Assembly (NCBI RefSeq): GCF_964355755.1
Contig: NC_092675.1
Coordinates: 7,249,812 to 7,313,811, forward strand
Source of the DNA: Antedon mediterranea
Lineage: Eukaryota > Animalia > Echinodermata
Direction: 5' to 3'
Length of the DNA: 64,000 bases
The notes under the pieces were generated by a model. That model was not told the origin of the DNA and searched no databases. It was given only the letters and a program-made list of their open reading frames with translations. This document shows, in pieces, positions 39,616-52,286 of this stretch (position 1 is its first letter; each line of letters begins with the position of its first letter). A program made the translations under genes and the position numbers.

Positions 39616-42600
39616 ATACTCTCATACTCACCGTTGCTGGCGACGATAAATCAACGACGGGTTGTATATGACGGCAGATCTTGTCGCCGGCAACTGAGCT
39701 ACGCCGCAGCGCTTAATCGCAGCTACAGATTTGGGACTTATGGATGAAAATTAGGGAGATGAAGCTCCGACACGACCCTTTATTTAATTTTTGCCTGGCT
39801 GGTGGTGAAGGAGTGTGGCTGGTGTGCGCCAATTTATGCAACATCGGATCCACGGGTTAGCGCACGTTAATTTAAGAATGATATTCATTTTCATTTTGTT
39901 ACGGCCGCCATTGTACCACCCACGTTAATAATTGGTTAAACACTTGGTAACCTATCGACCGTTTTGTATCTGTTCTTGTTAATCCAAATCTCTAACTTTC
40001 AAATTAAGACCTTGTACACAAAGATGATGATTAGCGCACACACGTTAATAACGATTTTCATTTGACAGATCGTGCGGACAATAATTGTATTATTTTTTCC
40101 TTCCACATGGTGGAATTTCGAGTCAACCCCTCTAGAGGCACTTATTATTCTCATAGACACTTGATGCTGCTGTTATAACAACGTAATAAGATGATACTGA
40201 AGTTGATGATTGTGATGATTTAAAGAAAACACCTTGTCATTCATCATCTAAATTCATTAATATTCAATTCAGTCTGTCGGATATGGCCGATTAAATTTCT
40301 CCTTAATTAAAGGACATTGGCTCAGATTATATTGTTCTTATGCGATCGATAGAAAGCTTACCTTTTAAGATCAACGGTTATATAAACTAAACCAATTCGT
40401 TTGTTTGATATAGAGTTGGAATAATTATAAAGGTACATTCAGCAATATTGAATGTACACAGCCTTGTAACATTCTTTTTATTCTCATTGACAGTGGTCTG
40501 CTTTTGGTCAAGTTTAATCTTTTCTATAATAGCAGATATTTCCGAATCACAAAAGAGAATCACAAAAGAAAAAGTTGTACAATGCTTGACTTGAACATGT
40601 TATTAAAACGGTTGAATAATAGAGTTAAAGACTAAATAATAAAATGTAGATCAGAATGTCATACTGTCAGTGTCAACTCAAAGATGTATTTGAAACAGAG
40701 GGTAAACTCTAACCAAATATCTTCGCTGTCGCCTAGTCAATTCTCTAATATAATGCATGTCGAGCCATATACATAACAAATATTGTACGTTGAACAACAT
40801 AAAATAAAGGTGCACGATCAAAACCCGAAAACCTCATTCTAATGCATGTATTATAAGTGCCGAGATGTTTGTGGTGGTTAATAAGCGCCGATAATATTTC
40901 ACAAGAGACTATAGGCCTACTACTAATACTATTTCCCCATCAATTACAATAGTTTATTCTACGATAGTTTTTTTTTTATATTCGTATTTTAAAATAATGT
41001 ATATAATCTGTATATAGGGTATAAATGAATTATATGTCAAAAATACTACCGAAAATAACTATACAACATTAGTAAATGTATCTCCTACAGTACATTTATT
41101 AGTTAAGTATTCAGAATTTTAGATGTTGAGAATTATAGAACAAAAAAAATACTAGAAAATTATGAAAAAAGGTGGATAACAGAAAAGTTGATAAAATAAA
41201 AAAAAAATATATATATATATATACTATACTTTTTATACTTTTGTTTGGTTTATATATATATATATATATATAAACCAAACAAAAGTAAGAATAACAATGA
41301 ATAGTTATTATTATTATTAGAAATAATTGTATTAATCTGTTGATGAAATGAAATGAATAAATAGTGGTTAACGCCACAAAAGTGAGAAAAAAAAAATAGT
41401 TAGGGATAGTTATAGGGACTTGTATATTGGATCATCCGTCTCATCGATATTAACATTTTTTATTATTATTAATATTGGAATTAATTTTTGAATAAATGTT
41501 TATCAAAATAAATTGATTTTGATTGCGAGGCTGCACTGTAAATTAGGAGTAGGGTACACATTCATTTTAAATACTACTGACCCAGTAAATATGGATTGGA
41601 ATAGTGTGTCTAGAAATTATTAATTATTGAAATGGCCCATTTCCGTAATGGCAACTTTCGTGAACATTATAGTAGCCTACGGCTAAATTACTAGATTTGT
41701 TGCACGCGCTTGATTATTTCCAAAACTGTACACAGGTAAACAATGACGTCAGATTCACGTTCTTTCACGAACCCGCTTTCTAATTTGCCGTAGGCTCTAC
41801 TAAAATAAAATCTTACTAATCTGTTATAATTATAATCATCGATGAGTACATTTCGCGGCTGTCTCCCTAAATTTAGAAAAAGAAATTAATTATGCAAAAA
41901 CATAGAAAACACTTCCCCTTTAGGGCCTACAATGTTTAGTAAAAACAAGTAGATATTCAGCCGAGAATTAAAACTGTTATGCAGTAAGCAAACAACATTG
42001 AAGGCGGTTGCAGTGGTTCAAATTGACAAGAATCAAATCTATTATGATTCTCTGAGTTGTATCTCCACATACTAACCCTTCCAGTATCATGGAAAATCCA
42101 GTAATACAACATGATATCATGTGTATCACATGTGGTCATGTATCATGTAGGTTAGGTTAAAGTGTTAGGCGATACTTGTGTATCTTCCATGAATGAACAC
42201 ATTTTCCATGAACGATCTGTGACTTTTTATTTGAAAAAAATATAAAAAATGATTGTACAGTTTAAAGCTTCCTTTATGTATAATGTGGTGAATACATTAT
42301 TAGAATTGGAATTTTGTTTCGTTTTTATTCTTAAATTACCACACTTCCTTTTTTGGTTTTCTGTAAATTGTATATTTTTCGGAAAAACCGCTAAATACGA
42401 CAATATTGTACTTCTGGCTACACTTCCTTGTGATATGATATACATGTAAACATGTGTTTTTCTTTAAAATTACCTTCCTTTACCAGGGAAAAAAGACGCA
42501 CTATATAAATACTGTGCATTCATCACATGTATGCCTACGTGTCGTACTTCGGAACAGACGTGTGTGAAGTGAACACCCACCAACACAACACAAAGGAATA

Positions 42601-45369
42601 TAACGAAATAATTGTGCTATTAGTTTGTCCCTGTAAATTATTTTTTACAAAAAGAAGTAAATTCACGTTACCAAGGAATTTGCGTTCAATACCGAAACAA
42701 GACAAACCGCCTTGGAATTCTATTATTTTAGGACTTTATATTATATAGCATGTCATTTATCCACGATTGTTTTTAATGTTTCTTTTAGGACACGTCACTA
42801 ATAAATAATAGACTTATTACGCCCTCTGGGCATTGTTTAAAAAACGATAAACTATACTTCATATCCATTATTAACAATATTCTTTAAAATGATATGATTT
42901 TATTTTGTTTTCATTAATAATAATATAGGCATAATAAAGAATAGTATGATATACAGACCATTCTGTTATCTTTCAATCATGATCGGATGTAATTGGCCAT
43001 GAATATGACATTTTTATTTTACGAGATCGTACTGATGACAAATTATTTTGAAAGGAATTAACGATGAAGGATTATGGTCTAATCTTGAGTACATGCCACA
43101 TTATCTTTGAGATTGCGACCCGGTGTACCTCCTCCATGGATGAACCATTGCCTCAATAATGGTAATCAGACCAGTGTTCCCTTTTTTTATTCTTAAACGC
43201 TGTATTATCATCACATGTGCATTAATACATATTGTGGTACCACATGCAGTTGAATTCAATTCAATTCATTCACATTTATTCAGCAATATAACTATTTTAC
43301 ATTGCAGGGATTTTAAGTAATTGTCTGTAACCGTAAGACCCTTTAGACAGTATAAACTATTCGATTTCGTATACTAGTTTCCAACTTGTTTACTATAGTA
43401 ATCATTTAGAACCTTATATTGCGTTATACATATTGCTAGCTACTATTGCTACTGCAAAATTGGGGTTGTAAACATTTAGCTTAATATCACTTTGTTGTGT
43501 TTGTGTTTTTTTTTCTTTTTCTGTCTCAAAATGTCATTTTTTGTTAATGTAATGCGTCCGTATAATATGTTTTATGTTTATGCTTAGGACTACAAAGACA
43601 AGCCACTTTGGCTTATGTGTATCTTAACCCATAAACTTTGTAAAATATTGAATATTGAATAAATGTTGTTGTATACATATAACGTTATAAATAATCTATA
43701 TATAAATTTACGTAAGGGCAAAATTCGGTAAATCACGCGTTGGTTCGTACTTTCGGTACTAATGTAACCTTGTTTACTTTCGGATCGTGATTTACACTGT
43801 CTAATGGATGTCCATCTTGAAAAATACCCGCACACAATAATACGATTATGCTTCGCATTTTCCTATCTCCTCCTATGATAATTGTTTATAATAATAATAG
43901 TTGAAAACCGGTTACAGCTCGAGTACAGCATCATAATGTTGAAGACAGGCCGATTTTGTAAACGACAATGTTCTCCTGCGGTGGTACGTACATTTGGAAT
44001 CGCCATTTTTTTTACGCTGAAATTACTATGTAGGCCTATTCGAGAACGATCTGTGGGCACGACCTAGATGGTACGCTAGCGAAGTCAACGTACTATATAA
44101 TCTACGCAATGTTTGTTAATTTTCACAGTATTAGTTTTTTTACCAGACATTCGGAAAAAAGAAGTCTTTCAACATTGTTTGATTATATTGGTCTTTTTAT
44201 TGTAATTTTAATGTCTTCTTCTTTTAATTTCCAGAGGCGCATAAAATACATGGATAAAAATAAGCCTGTACAAATATTTGAATATAAAATAATTAATGTC
44301 AGATATTCAATTTTGATGATGTACTCATGAATAACATAATGTTTTCATTTCTCATTATTATGAATATATTTAAAACTGTAAAAGTAATGTCAACGTTCTT
44401 ATTTATTTTGTTCTATTTTGTCAGTCTAAATAAACACATTTAATGGCATTCTTACATTTATATACTCTATTCATGTTTCATTTTTATTGTACTGTAGTTT
44501 TAATCAATACATTGCACACATTATTATTATCGTTATAAGTGACATGTTACGCGAATTAATCTGCATTTACGAATTATAATGTTGGTCTGTGACTATGATC
44601 TTATTTGTATATGGAGCGAAAGTTGTAAACTAATTAAAAACTATCTATCTTCGTTCTCTCTTACTGTAATACTATACTACCTTAGTAGCTTAGGAGACAT
44701 TTGAGTTCAAATAGATATATCTCTATCTATGTTATAAAAGTGAAAAGAAGCTATAAAAATAAGATATCTCCATTTTCTGAATAAATTAATTCAACCGTAT
44801 TCTACTATTCTACGTTGTCGTGTTTCTTGTGAATGCTATGTGGGCAGCAGTTTAGTGAGTTGTAACAAAATCAGAGCAAGTTAGAACAACACAAATTCAC
44901 TTCGTAAACGTACTTAAATACTAATAAAAACAATTGCAAGGACATACACGTATTATCATCCAACAATGTTAATCGTCATTCTCATTTCATTTTCTGTTCA
45001 TGATCATTCTATTGCTTAGTTGTTTGCGTAGAAATTTATTGAGAGCTGAGCGGCCATATTTGGACACAAGATGTAACTTTGGTGTTTTTGTTTTTAGCTA
45101 CACGATAAATAAAACGAAACAAAACTTTTATTGTTATGAATAGCAAAGTAAGGGTTTTGTGTTTGTCCTTATTCATAGATAGTGTTATAAAAAGTAGACG
45201 GTCAATTAGCCGACAACGAAGCGTTGCAAACAGGGCAGGGACTCTTTAAGATGACTACAGCATCTGTATCAAAAATATTATTAGTATATACAAATGAAAA
45301 CCTAAATATCGAGAAGAACCACATACATTATAACCTCGCATGAGACGTAAAGCGATTGGTCTCATGTAC

Positions 45370-45732
45370 AGCGTGGTTCCCACTAGGACGCAACGCAGCG
45401 ACGTATCGACGCAAAGTGCTGTATTGCGTAATCACAAGTGGGAAACATCGTAGGTTTGATTTAACGCAGGCGGGGGCAAACACAGTGATTAGAAGGGCAT
45501 TTCCTTACGTTGCGTAGATTGCGTCACGTTGCGTCGCTATTGAGAACCAAGCTAGCGTGGTTCCCACTAGCGACGCAACGCAAGGACGTAACGCAACGCA
45601 AGTGAATTGACCAATCACAAGCGATGGCTTATTCGCTTGTGATTGCTAACTGTCTATAACTTCGCTTGTCATTGGTTAAAACGCTTGCGTTGCGTTTACG
45701 TCCTTGCGTTACGCTGTAGTGGGAACCAAGCT
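45370..45732. mobile_element. Fused family-B (45370-45553) plus family-A (45554-45732) MITE pair
   Basis: Junction CCAAGCT|AGCGTGG with no spacer; TAC on both outer flanks (45367-45369, 45733-45735). Confidence 0.85.
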
Positions 45733-46293
45733 TACCACAGTGGACGTTAAACAACTTCACTATTTGGTGTGCTGAGCTATCGCTGCACATGATGCATACT
45801 GGCTACCGTGTTTCCGTGGATGAGGGCCAAATCAAAATTTCCTCTGTTTCCAGTTAAATTCGAGGACAATTACAATATAACCATTACATATTGTTTGTCT
45901 ATAAAGATTCACTCTTCCCTGGTTAAAACATTGTTAAGCGTTTTCATTGAGCGAATTAAGATTCTATTGTACACAAACGCGTTTAAGCGAACTTAACTCC
46001 TATCCAATCAAATTGCTCTTTTACAGAACATTGCATCCGCTTGAGCTTACATCTTATAATTGATAGCAACGTTTGACGTTTCTAAATTGGTATTTAATAT
46101 CTAATTTATAGAACCTTTGCCTTATTGGCTGACTGGAATGAATCTAAAGTACCATGACTATCGGGATACAATATGAAAGACACGAGATCTAACATTCTCT
46201 TAGTTTTCCAACATTGCTGTATTTCTTAAACAAAATAGTTGTCTGACAATACTAATAATATCCATAACTTTGTAGTTTACGGATGAATGAAAA

Positions 46294-46808
46294 ATGGTGA
46301 TGGACGATATAATTAATAACGAAACTGATAAGTTAATTTATGAAAATGTATCAACATTTGAAGAAACATATACTGAAATCATAACTGTGTTTTCTACTTT
46401 AGAACCTGACACCTACAAGCCCGGGAATAGCACCAGCCTGACGCTAAACTCGAGCGATTCACCGAACGATAATTACTACGACTACGACTCAAATGATAAT
46501 GAAACTTTTTATCGTGTTCTCACATGGTGTGTTTACACGACAGTGTTTGTGACGGGATGTTGTGGAAACATTCTTGTGCTGTTTTCGATACATCGATGTC
46601 GCCAGTTGAAAGGTGTGCCAGCAATGCTACTGGTCAGTCTTGCTGTTGCTGATTTCCTAGTGTGTCTTATCATCGTACCAGCTGAGATGTACACGTTTTA
46701 TGCTACCGAGTTTCACATGGGACCGTTTGTCTGCAAGTTTCTTACTTTACTGCACCAGTTGGTGTTCGCTTGTTCTTCGTTCACACTAACACTTATCAGC
46801 ATTGAGAG
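46294..46808 (+). CDS. Class A peptide-receptor-type GPCR, paralog 1, coding exon 1 (N-terminus, TM1-TM3)
   Basis: ATG at 46294; several N-glycosylation sequons; TM1 GN (GCCGNILV), TM2 SLAVADFL, ECL1 Cys (GPFVCK), ends SIER; phase-2 donor AG|GTAGGT. Confidence 0.95.
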
Positions 46809-47091
46809 GTAGGTACAAATTGATTTCCTTTTACGGCTCCGGTTCCTCCACGTGCTGTATCTCCACATTCTATCTATTTAATTTCCGAAGTATCTTAGTA
46901 TTCGGTAATCACTGAAATACTTTTACATAACATGCGAACCAGTTGGTATTGCTTGTTTCTTATTCACTTTACGATTTTAAGCGTTGGAGAGAGACTTTAT
47001 GCAGAAAGTAACTCCTCCATCTTTGTTCACACTGACAGATACATAATTATGGAAAAGGTTAGTTGAACTAGTTTAGATAGAACTTACTTAA

Positions 47092-47407
47092 AGATGTATT
47101 GTCCCACAAAAACATGAAAAATGAAGAATAATTAAATCAGACTTTGAATATGTTATTTTGTAGTTTTAATAAAGTTATTCACTTCCGTAGAAAAAAAAAC
47201 GGGGAAAATAATGATTTCACTTAAAAAATAACATAAAAAATAGTTTAATTCAACCAAAAATCCATTGGTCCAAATTGACCAAAATTACAGTTTTTTCAGG
47301 TAAATACATTTTTTTTAGATCCAATTTTTGGTCAAGCTTGATAAATATTATTTGACATTAAAATGGCAAATCCAATTCAATTATTTTTCAGGGGGGACAA
47401 TACATCT
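47092..47407. mobile_element. Kolobok-like MITE in GPCR1 intron 1
   Basis: TIR AGATGTATTGTCCC / GGGACAATACATCT; TTAA TSD at 47088-47091 and 47408-47411. Confidence 0.8.
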
Positions 47408-48560
47408 TTAACAGAAAACAGTCAAACGTTTTGTCTGGAATAATACTTTCTGTTGTTTTTTAGAGTTCTTTTCTTCCAACATTTAAATAAGATTTTTTCC
47501 CAAAAACATACATATTAAAATTGTATGTGTTCAATAGAATATTTTCCTTTCTTACAAAATTCATAAATTGATGTCTTCGACTTTTATTGTACTATAACCT
47601 TAAAATCGAATACAAGTAGGCCTAAATACATAATATAAAAATGTCTACTTATATTAGATTTATTCCTTGTATATTAAGGGGATTCATATGTAAATATATA
47701 AATAATATTTATAAATAGAATATTATACGGTTATCATTGTATGACTAAATTGTTTATGTTTTTAAATTTTAAATGTAAATATGTATAATTATGTTTGTAT
47801 GATGTTTAAGCGGATATTAGCCCTTGATGGCATTTGCAGCAATAAAGAAATTGAATTCAATTCAATTGAATTAAGGACATCACAAGGTGACAGTTTCGGT
47901 ACTTTTTGCCGTTCCTCTACACCACGTTACACTATTTTATTATAAAGCAGGGAGTGTAATTTCACTCTTTTCTGGTAGAAAGATAATTCAAATTAAATTT
48001 TAAAAAATCTCAGACTGAATATTATTATGTAGAATTTCAAAACTCTCGTGCATTAGTGAGATTAAACAATGTCTAAAATTAGCATAGACTTGTTGCATCT
48101 AACGGATACACTTCTCGTTTACAGCTTCGCCATGAATGTTAGATATATATAATATAATAATATATATATATAATAAAGAATAAAAATCAGAAATCACGAC
48201 GAAAAAAATCTCTTATTATTGGATCGATTGTAATGATCAGTAGAATTACTTACCTGAACCTGGCTTTAAATGAAATTGAGAAATATATATACGGTTTTTT
48301 TTTTACGGATGAGAGAATGAGGGGATGAGGGAGCTTTTACACGCAATATATTAAATTCTGAATGTTAAATGTCATGTTCATTATGTGTTATTGTTTGCGC
48401 TAAATATTTAGTTTTATGGGAAATGTCTGGCTGGACGTCTTACTCTATACAGTATGTATAGTTTGAAACCATACGAAATGTCTTTATCACCAGTACTTGA
48501 TACTTTTCGCATACTTGTCAGTGAAGGTGTAAAATAAACCAGCCATCAACTTCCAACTAA

Positions 48561-48698
48561 AGCTCTGTCTACACTATCAAACTTTATGTAAAAACTGTGA
48601 TGTGCCCATATATGGATATGATGACGACTTATCACTACCATATTTGAGCCCATTAGACGTTTTTTGTCAAACTAATTTCTGATAGTGTAAAAAAAACT
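48561..48698. mobile_element. Family-C Harbinger-like MITE
   Basis: TAA followed by AGCTCTGTCTACACTATCAAAC; right TIR degraded. Confidence 0.7.
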
Positions 48699-49542
48699 TA
48701 ATCTTCTGAAAATGCACATCGTATCTCATTCATTTTAATAAACAATACAATAGCACTAAGCACATGTATATGCATATACAGTACATCTATTAGGTTTATA
48801 TTACATTATCAGAATGACGTCATAGTTACGAATATATATATATATATTTAATGGGTTAATTTAAGATATTGAATTCAGATAATATGATAATGTATCATAA
48901 TTATAACAATGTATAACAAAGAGGAAATTTAACATGATTTATTGAATGCACTTTGTTGATGCACTTATAGGCTTATTTCACCTTGACATTATATAAGTTG
49001 TTGGTGTATTTAAGTTGTGTGATTGTAATAATTTGATGAAAAAAATATGAAATGTTGCTATCTCATTATAATTTTGAATTGGCAAAACCTCGTACAAATT
49101 TAGCTCATCAAGATAACAAATTTAAGATTCAATTTATTTTTTCAAAATTGTGTGAAAACTCAGTCTACGCGCATTCCTTCATTCATGAGTTCACTGTTGG
49201 TTGGGAAATGAAATAAATTAAAAAATAAAAAACAATAGGCCTATATATATAATATATAAATATATTTTAATTATTTCTATATTAATTTGATTTAATTTAT
49301 TTGTCTTTGATTAGCTACTACGGTGGTAATACTTTCTTACAGGCCTATTTGTCAAATAATTATTATTTTGTTGACAAAATCTAATATACTAATTATCATT
49401 AGAAAATTGTACTTGGTAAATTGATATGATTTGTTGAAGAATCGCAAGTAATTATCGGGCGAGATTTGAACCCACGACTTTTTTTTCTCAAATTATCATC
49501 TTGTTGGTGTAACCACCGTTGCTCTTTTGAGGGCGAATCTAA

Positions 49543-49691
49543 AGCTCTGTCTACACTATCAAACAGTGTAATGTGCCCAAATATGGTAGAGATATGCCCA
49601 ACCAAATATGGTAGTGATACGACATCATCATGTCCATATATTGGCACTTCATATTTTATTTGATATAAAGTTTGATAGTGTACACAGAGCT
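49543..49691. mobile_element. Family-C Harbinger-like MITE (reverse orientation)
   Basis: TIRs AGCTCTGTCTACACTATCAAAC / GTTTGATAGTGTACACAGAGCT; TAA TSD. Confidence 0.8.
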
Positions 49692-51318
49692 TAAATCAGT
49701 CTAGAGGTTATTTTACTTGAGTAGTTTTTGGGCCAATGTACAATGTGTTAAGTCATTTAGATCTTTACATATTTATGGTATTATTTTATGTACAATAAAT
49801 GCAAGTTATTAGGGCCTCGTTATCTTCCTAGTGGAGTAATTAAAAGGACAACCACTAAGTACTAGTAAGTTTGAAAATTAATTTGTGAAGGCTTCTGATC
49901 TTTTTAATACATTGAATAAGCATAAAGATGTACTATAACGTACAATTATAGATTAAAGTTCGAAGCAGAAATTTGTAAGAGTAAATATAAGCCACTATAC
50001 GTAATCAGAATTAATATTCCCTAACACAATCCCGCTGATTAATTACCAAATCGAACGGTTATATTTAATTATTGTATTTTTAGCAAGAATGAAATAACCA
50101 CAGAAACAATTAGGCCTAAATTAATTATAAAACTTTACAACAAAGGTTATAGGTTAGGATGACGTCTTTTAAACAAATCATTTTTTATAAATGTTTAAAA
50201 TGTGAAAGCAGGCTGATTATTAGATGTAATAAAAAAACATTTATTTTAAGAAAGTATTTTGTGTATGATATTTTTATATGCAAAAGTATTATAATATCCG
50301 TTCGTAAGTTGAATATAGGCCTATGTAAATATATTGAATAATAAATATGTTGAATATATTAAGTAATTCCTGGACATCTGTTTTCAAGTTCTGAAATTAA
50401 TTTTTGATCTATAAATACAGTAAATAAAAACTACTTTTGTCGTTGATCCATTGTATAATGTAATATATAAAATATTCGCTAATAGATTTACAATAGAATT
50501 CAATGTTGACTTCAATCACGATTTTGTATATTCCATTGCATGGATTACGTATAACTATAACTTGTATATTAAATGACCTACGGGAGTGGGAAAAATAGAA
50601 AAAATACATAAGAAGACTGAACTGGACTTTAACTTTCTCCTAAATTGCAAAGGGTTTCCCCAAAAATATATAATTTCCAGTTAATAATATATGATATAGT
50701 AATCAAGCTGTTGTTTTCTCAAATCATAATAGCCTTCTTGAGTAGCTTTATCAACCGTTAATGAGTAGATGAGTCTTACCGGCTACCGTGTCGTTGATGT
50801 TGATTACATTACAGATGGCTATACAATATCCATCTACATATCTAATATTAGATGTCATATCTAACGAATGACGTCAGATGACGAAATGTGCACTATTATA
50901 TTTTGTAGATTTAAACAGACATTTAACCAGCCAATTATTGTAAAGTTTATACCTACTGATGTGTTTTGAAAATTGTACTTCATTATCTCTATACCTGGTT
51001 TTAACTATGACCGGCATCTTTTTTTTATTTATCGTGTTTTCTTTATTTCTTTTTCTACGATGTAGCCAACTTAAATAACTTGTATGATTTTAACCAAAAT
51101 GTTACCATAAACTCAAGCCATTTGATAAATGGAATGTTTCTGCAGCAGGCCCTGTATATTTTGGAACGAAGAATTTATGTAGACCATCACACGTGATAGT
51201 TTGAATAATACATACTGATAATCACGTATATATAACAATGTTTATCCATTGAAGAACATGCACAATATCATCACAATATTTTATCTCCTTTAGCTTTATT
51301 ATCTTCTTTTCCTTTAAG

Positions 51319-51442
51319 ATTGTATGTTGTCAAATATCCCCTTCAGGCGAGATCTGTTATTACAACAAGACGTGCTCGGTTTGTTATTGCCGGAGTATGG
51401 CTGACTGCGGCGTTATGCGCAGTACCAAATACATACAGGCAG
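51319..51442 (+). CDS. GPCR paralog 1, coding exon 2 (ICL2, TM4)
   Basis: Acceptor TTTTCCTTTAAG; 124 nt completes the Arg codon then reads LYVVKYPLQARSVITTRRARFVIAGVWLTAALCAVPNTYRQ; donor CAG|GTAAAG; conserved in paralog 2. Confidence 0.93.
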
Positions 51443-51859
51443 GTAAAGTAATAACACTGAGTCATATTTTTAGATTGAGATATTATATCAATAATAAATA
51501 ATGTTTGTTTATATTAAAAATTCAAGGTGACAGAATTGTCATATCTGTAAAGTATAACGCGAGATTACTAAAACTGTCCAGTTAATGAAATAATATCATC
51601 GAGTAATCACGCCTTACCCAAGAAATCATCTTTTCAGAATCTTAAACTAAATTTATAGTTGGTAAATCGTAAAGTGAAGTTTTACAAAAAGAAACTATGC
51701 TTCGGTTACACTACAAAATACAACTCCGAGACTTTCTCATCTGTACTTTCTGATTGGAACACAAACTCAACCGTTTAGTTTACTATAGTGTTTATTCGCC
51801 ATCACATGTAAACAATATTGTCTTTTCTTATTTACAGTAATATTGTTTCTTCCAAATAG

Positions 51860-52192
51860 ATATATCAAAGGCATGAGTGGGGCATATACAGATGGGCAAC
51901 GTGTAGTCCAAGCATGATAGAACCTTGGAAAAAAATAAACGCCATGTTTGACTTCTTGGTAAAATTTATCTTTCCTGTAATTATCATGGGAGTAGCTTAC
52001 GCAATTGTCATTGTCACCCTATACAAGAGCACTAGACAGAGTAAGCGGTTACAAAGTATAAAGATGTCAGACAACAAGATCAGCAAATCTGCATCAATGA
52101 ACGGCGAGATGGCAGTGCTGACCAAAAAGTTAGCCAAACATAAGAAACCTGCTAAAAGCAAAGCAGAGCGACAACAGGCTGAAAGAAATCAG
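51860..52192 (+). CDS. GPCR paralog 1, coding exon 3 (ECL2, TM5, ICL3)
   Basis: Acceptor TTTCTTCCAAATAG; 333 nt in frame IYQRHEWGIYRWATC...FLVKFIFPVIIMGVAY...AERNQ; donor CAG|GTAGGC. Confidence 0.9.
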
Positions 52193-52286
52193 GTAGGCGG
52201 CGAGAGTAACAATACTACGACATTGGCGAAACTGATATGAGCTAAAAAAAACTCGACCAGGGGTTCCTAAGCCAGGGGCCTCAGGC

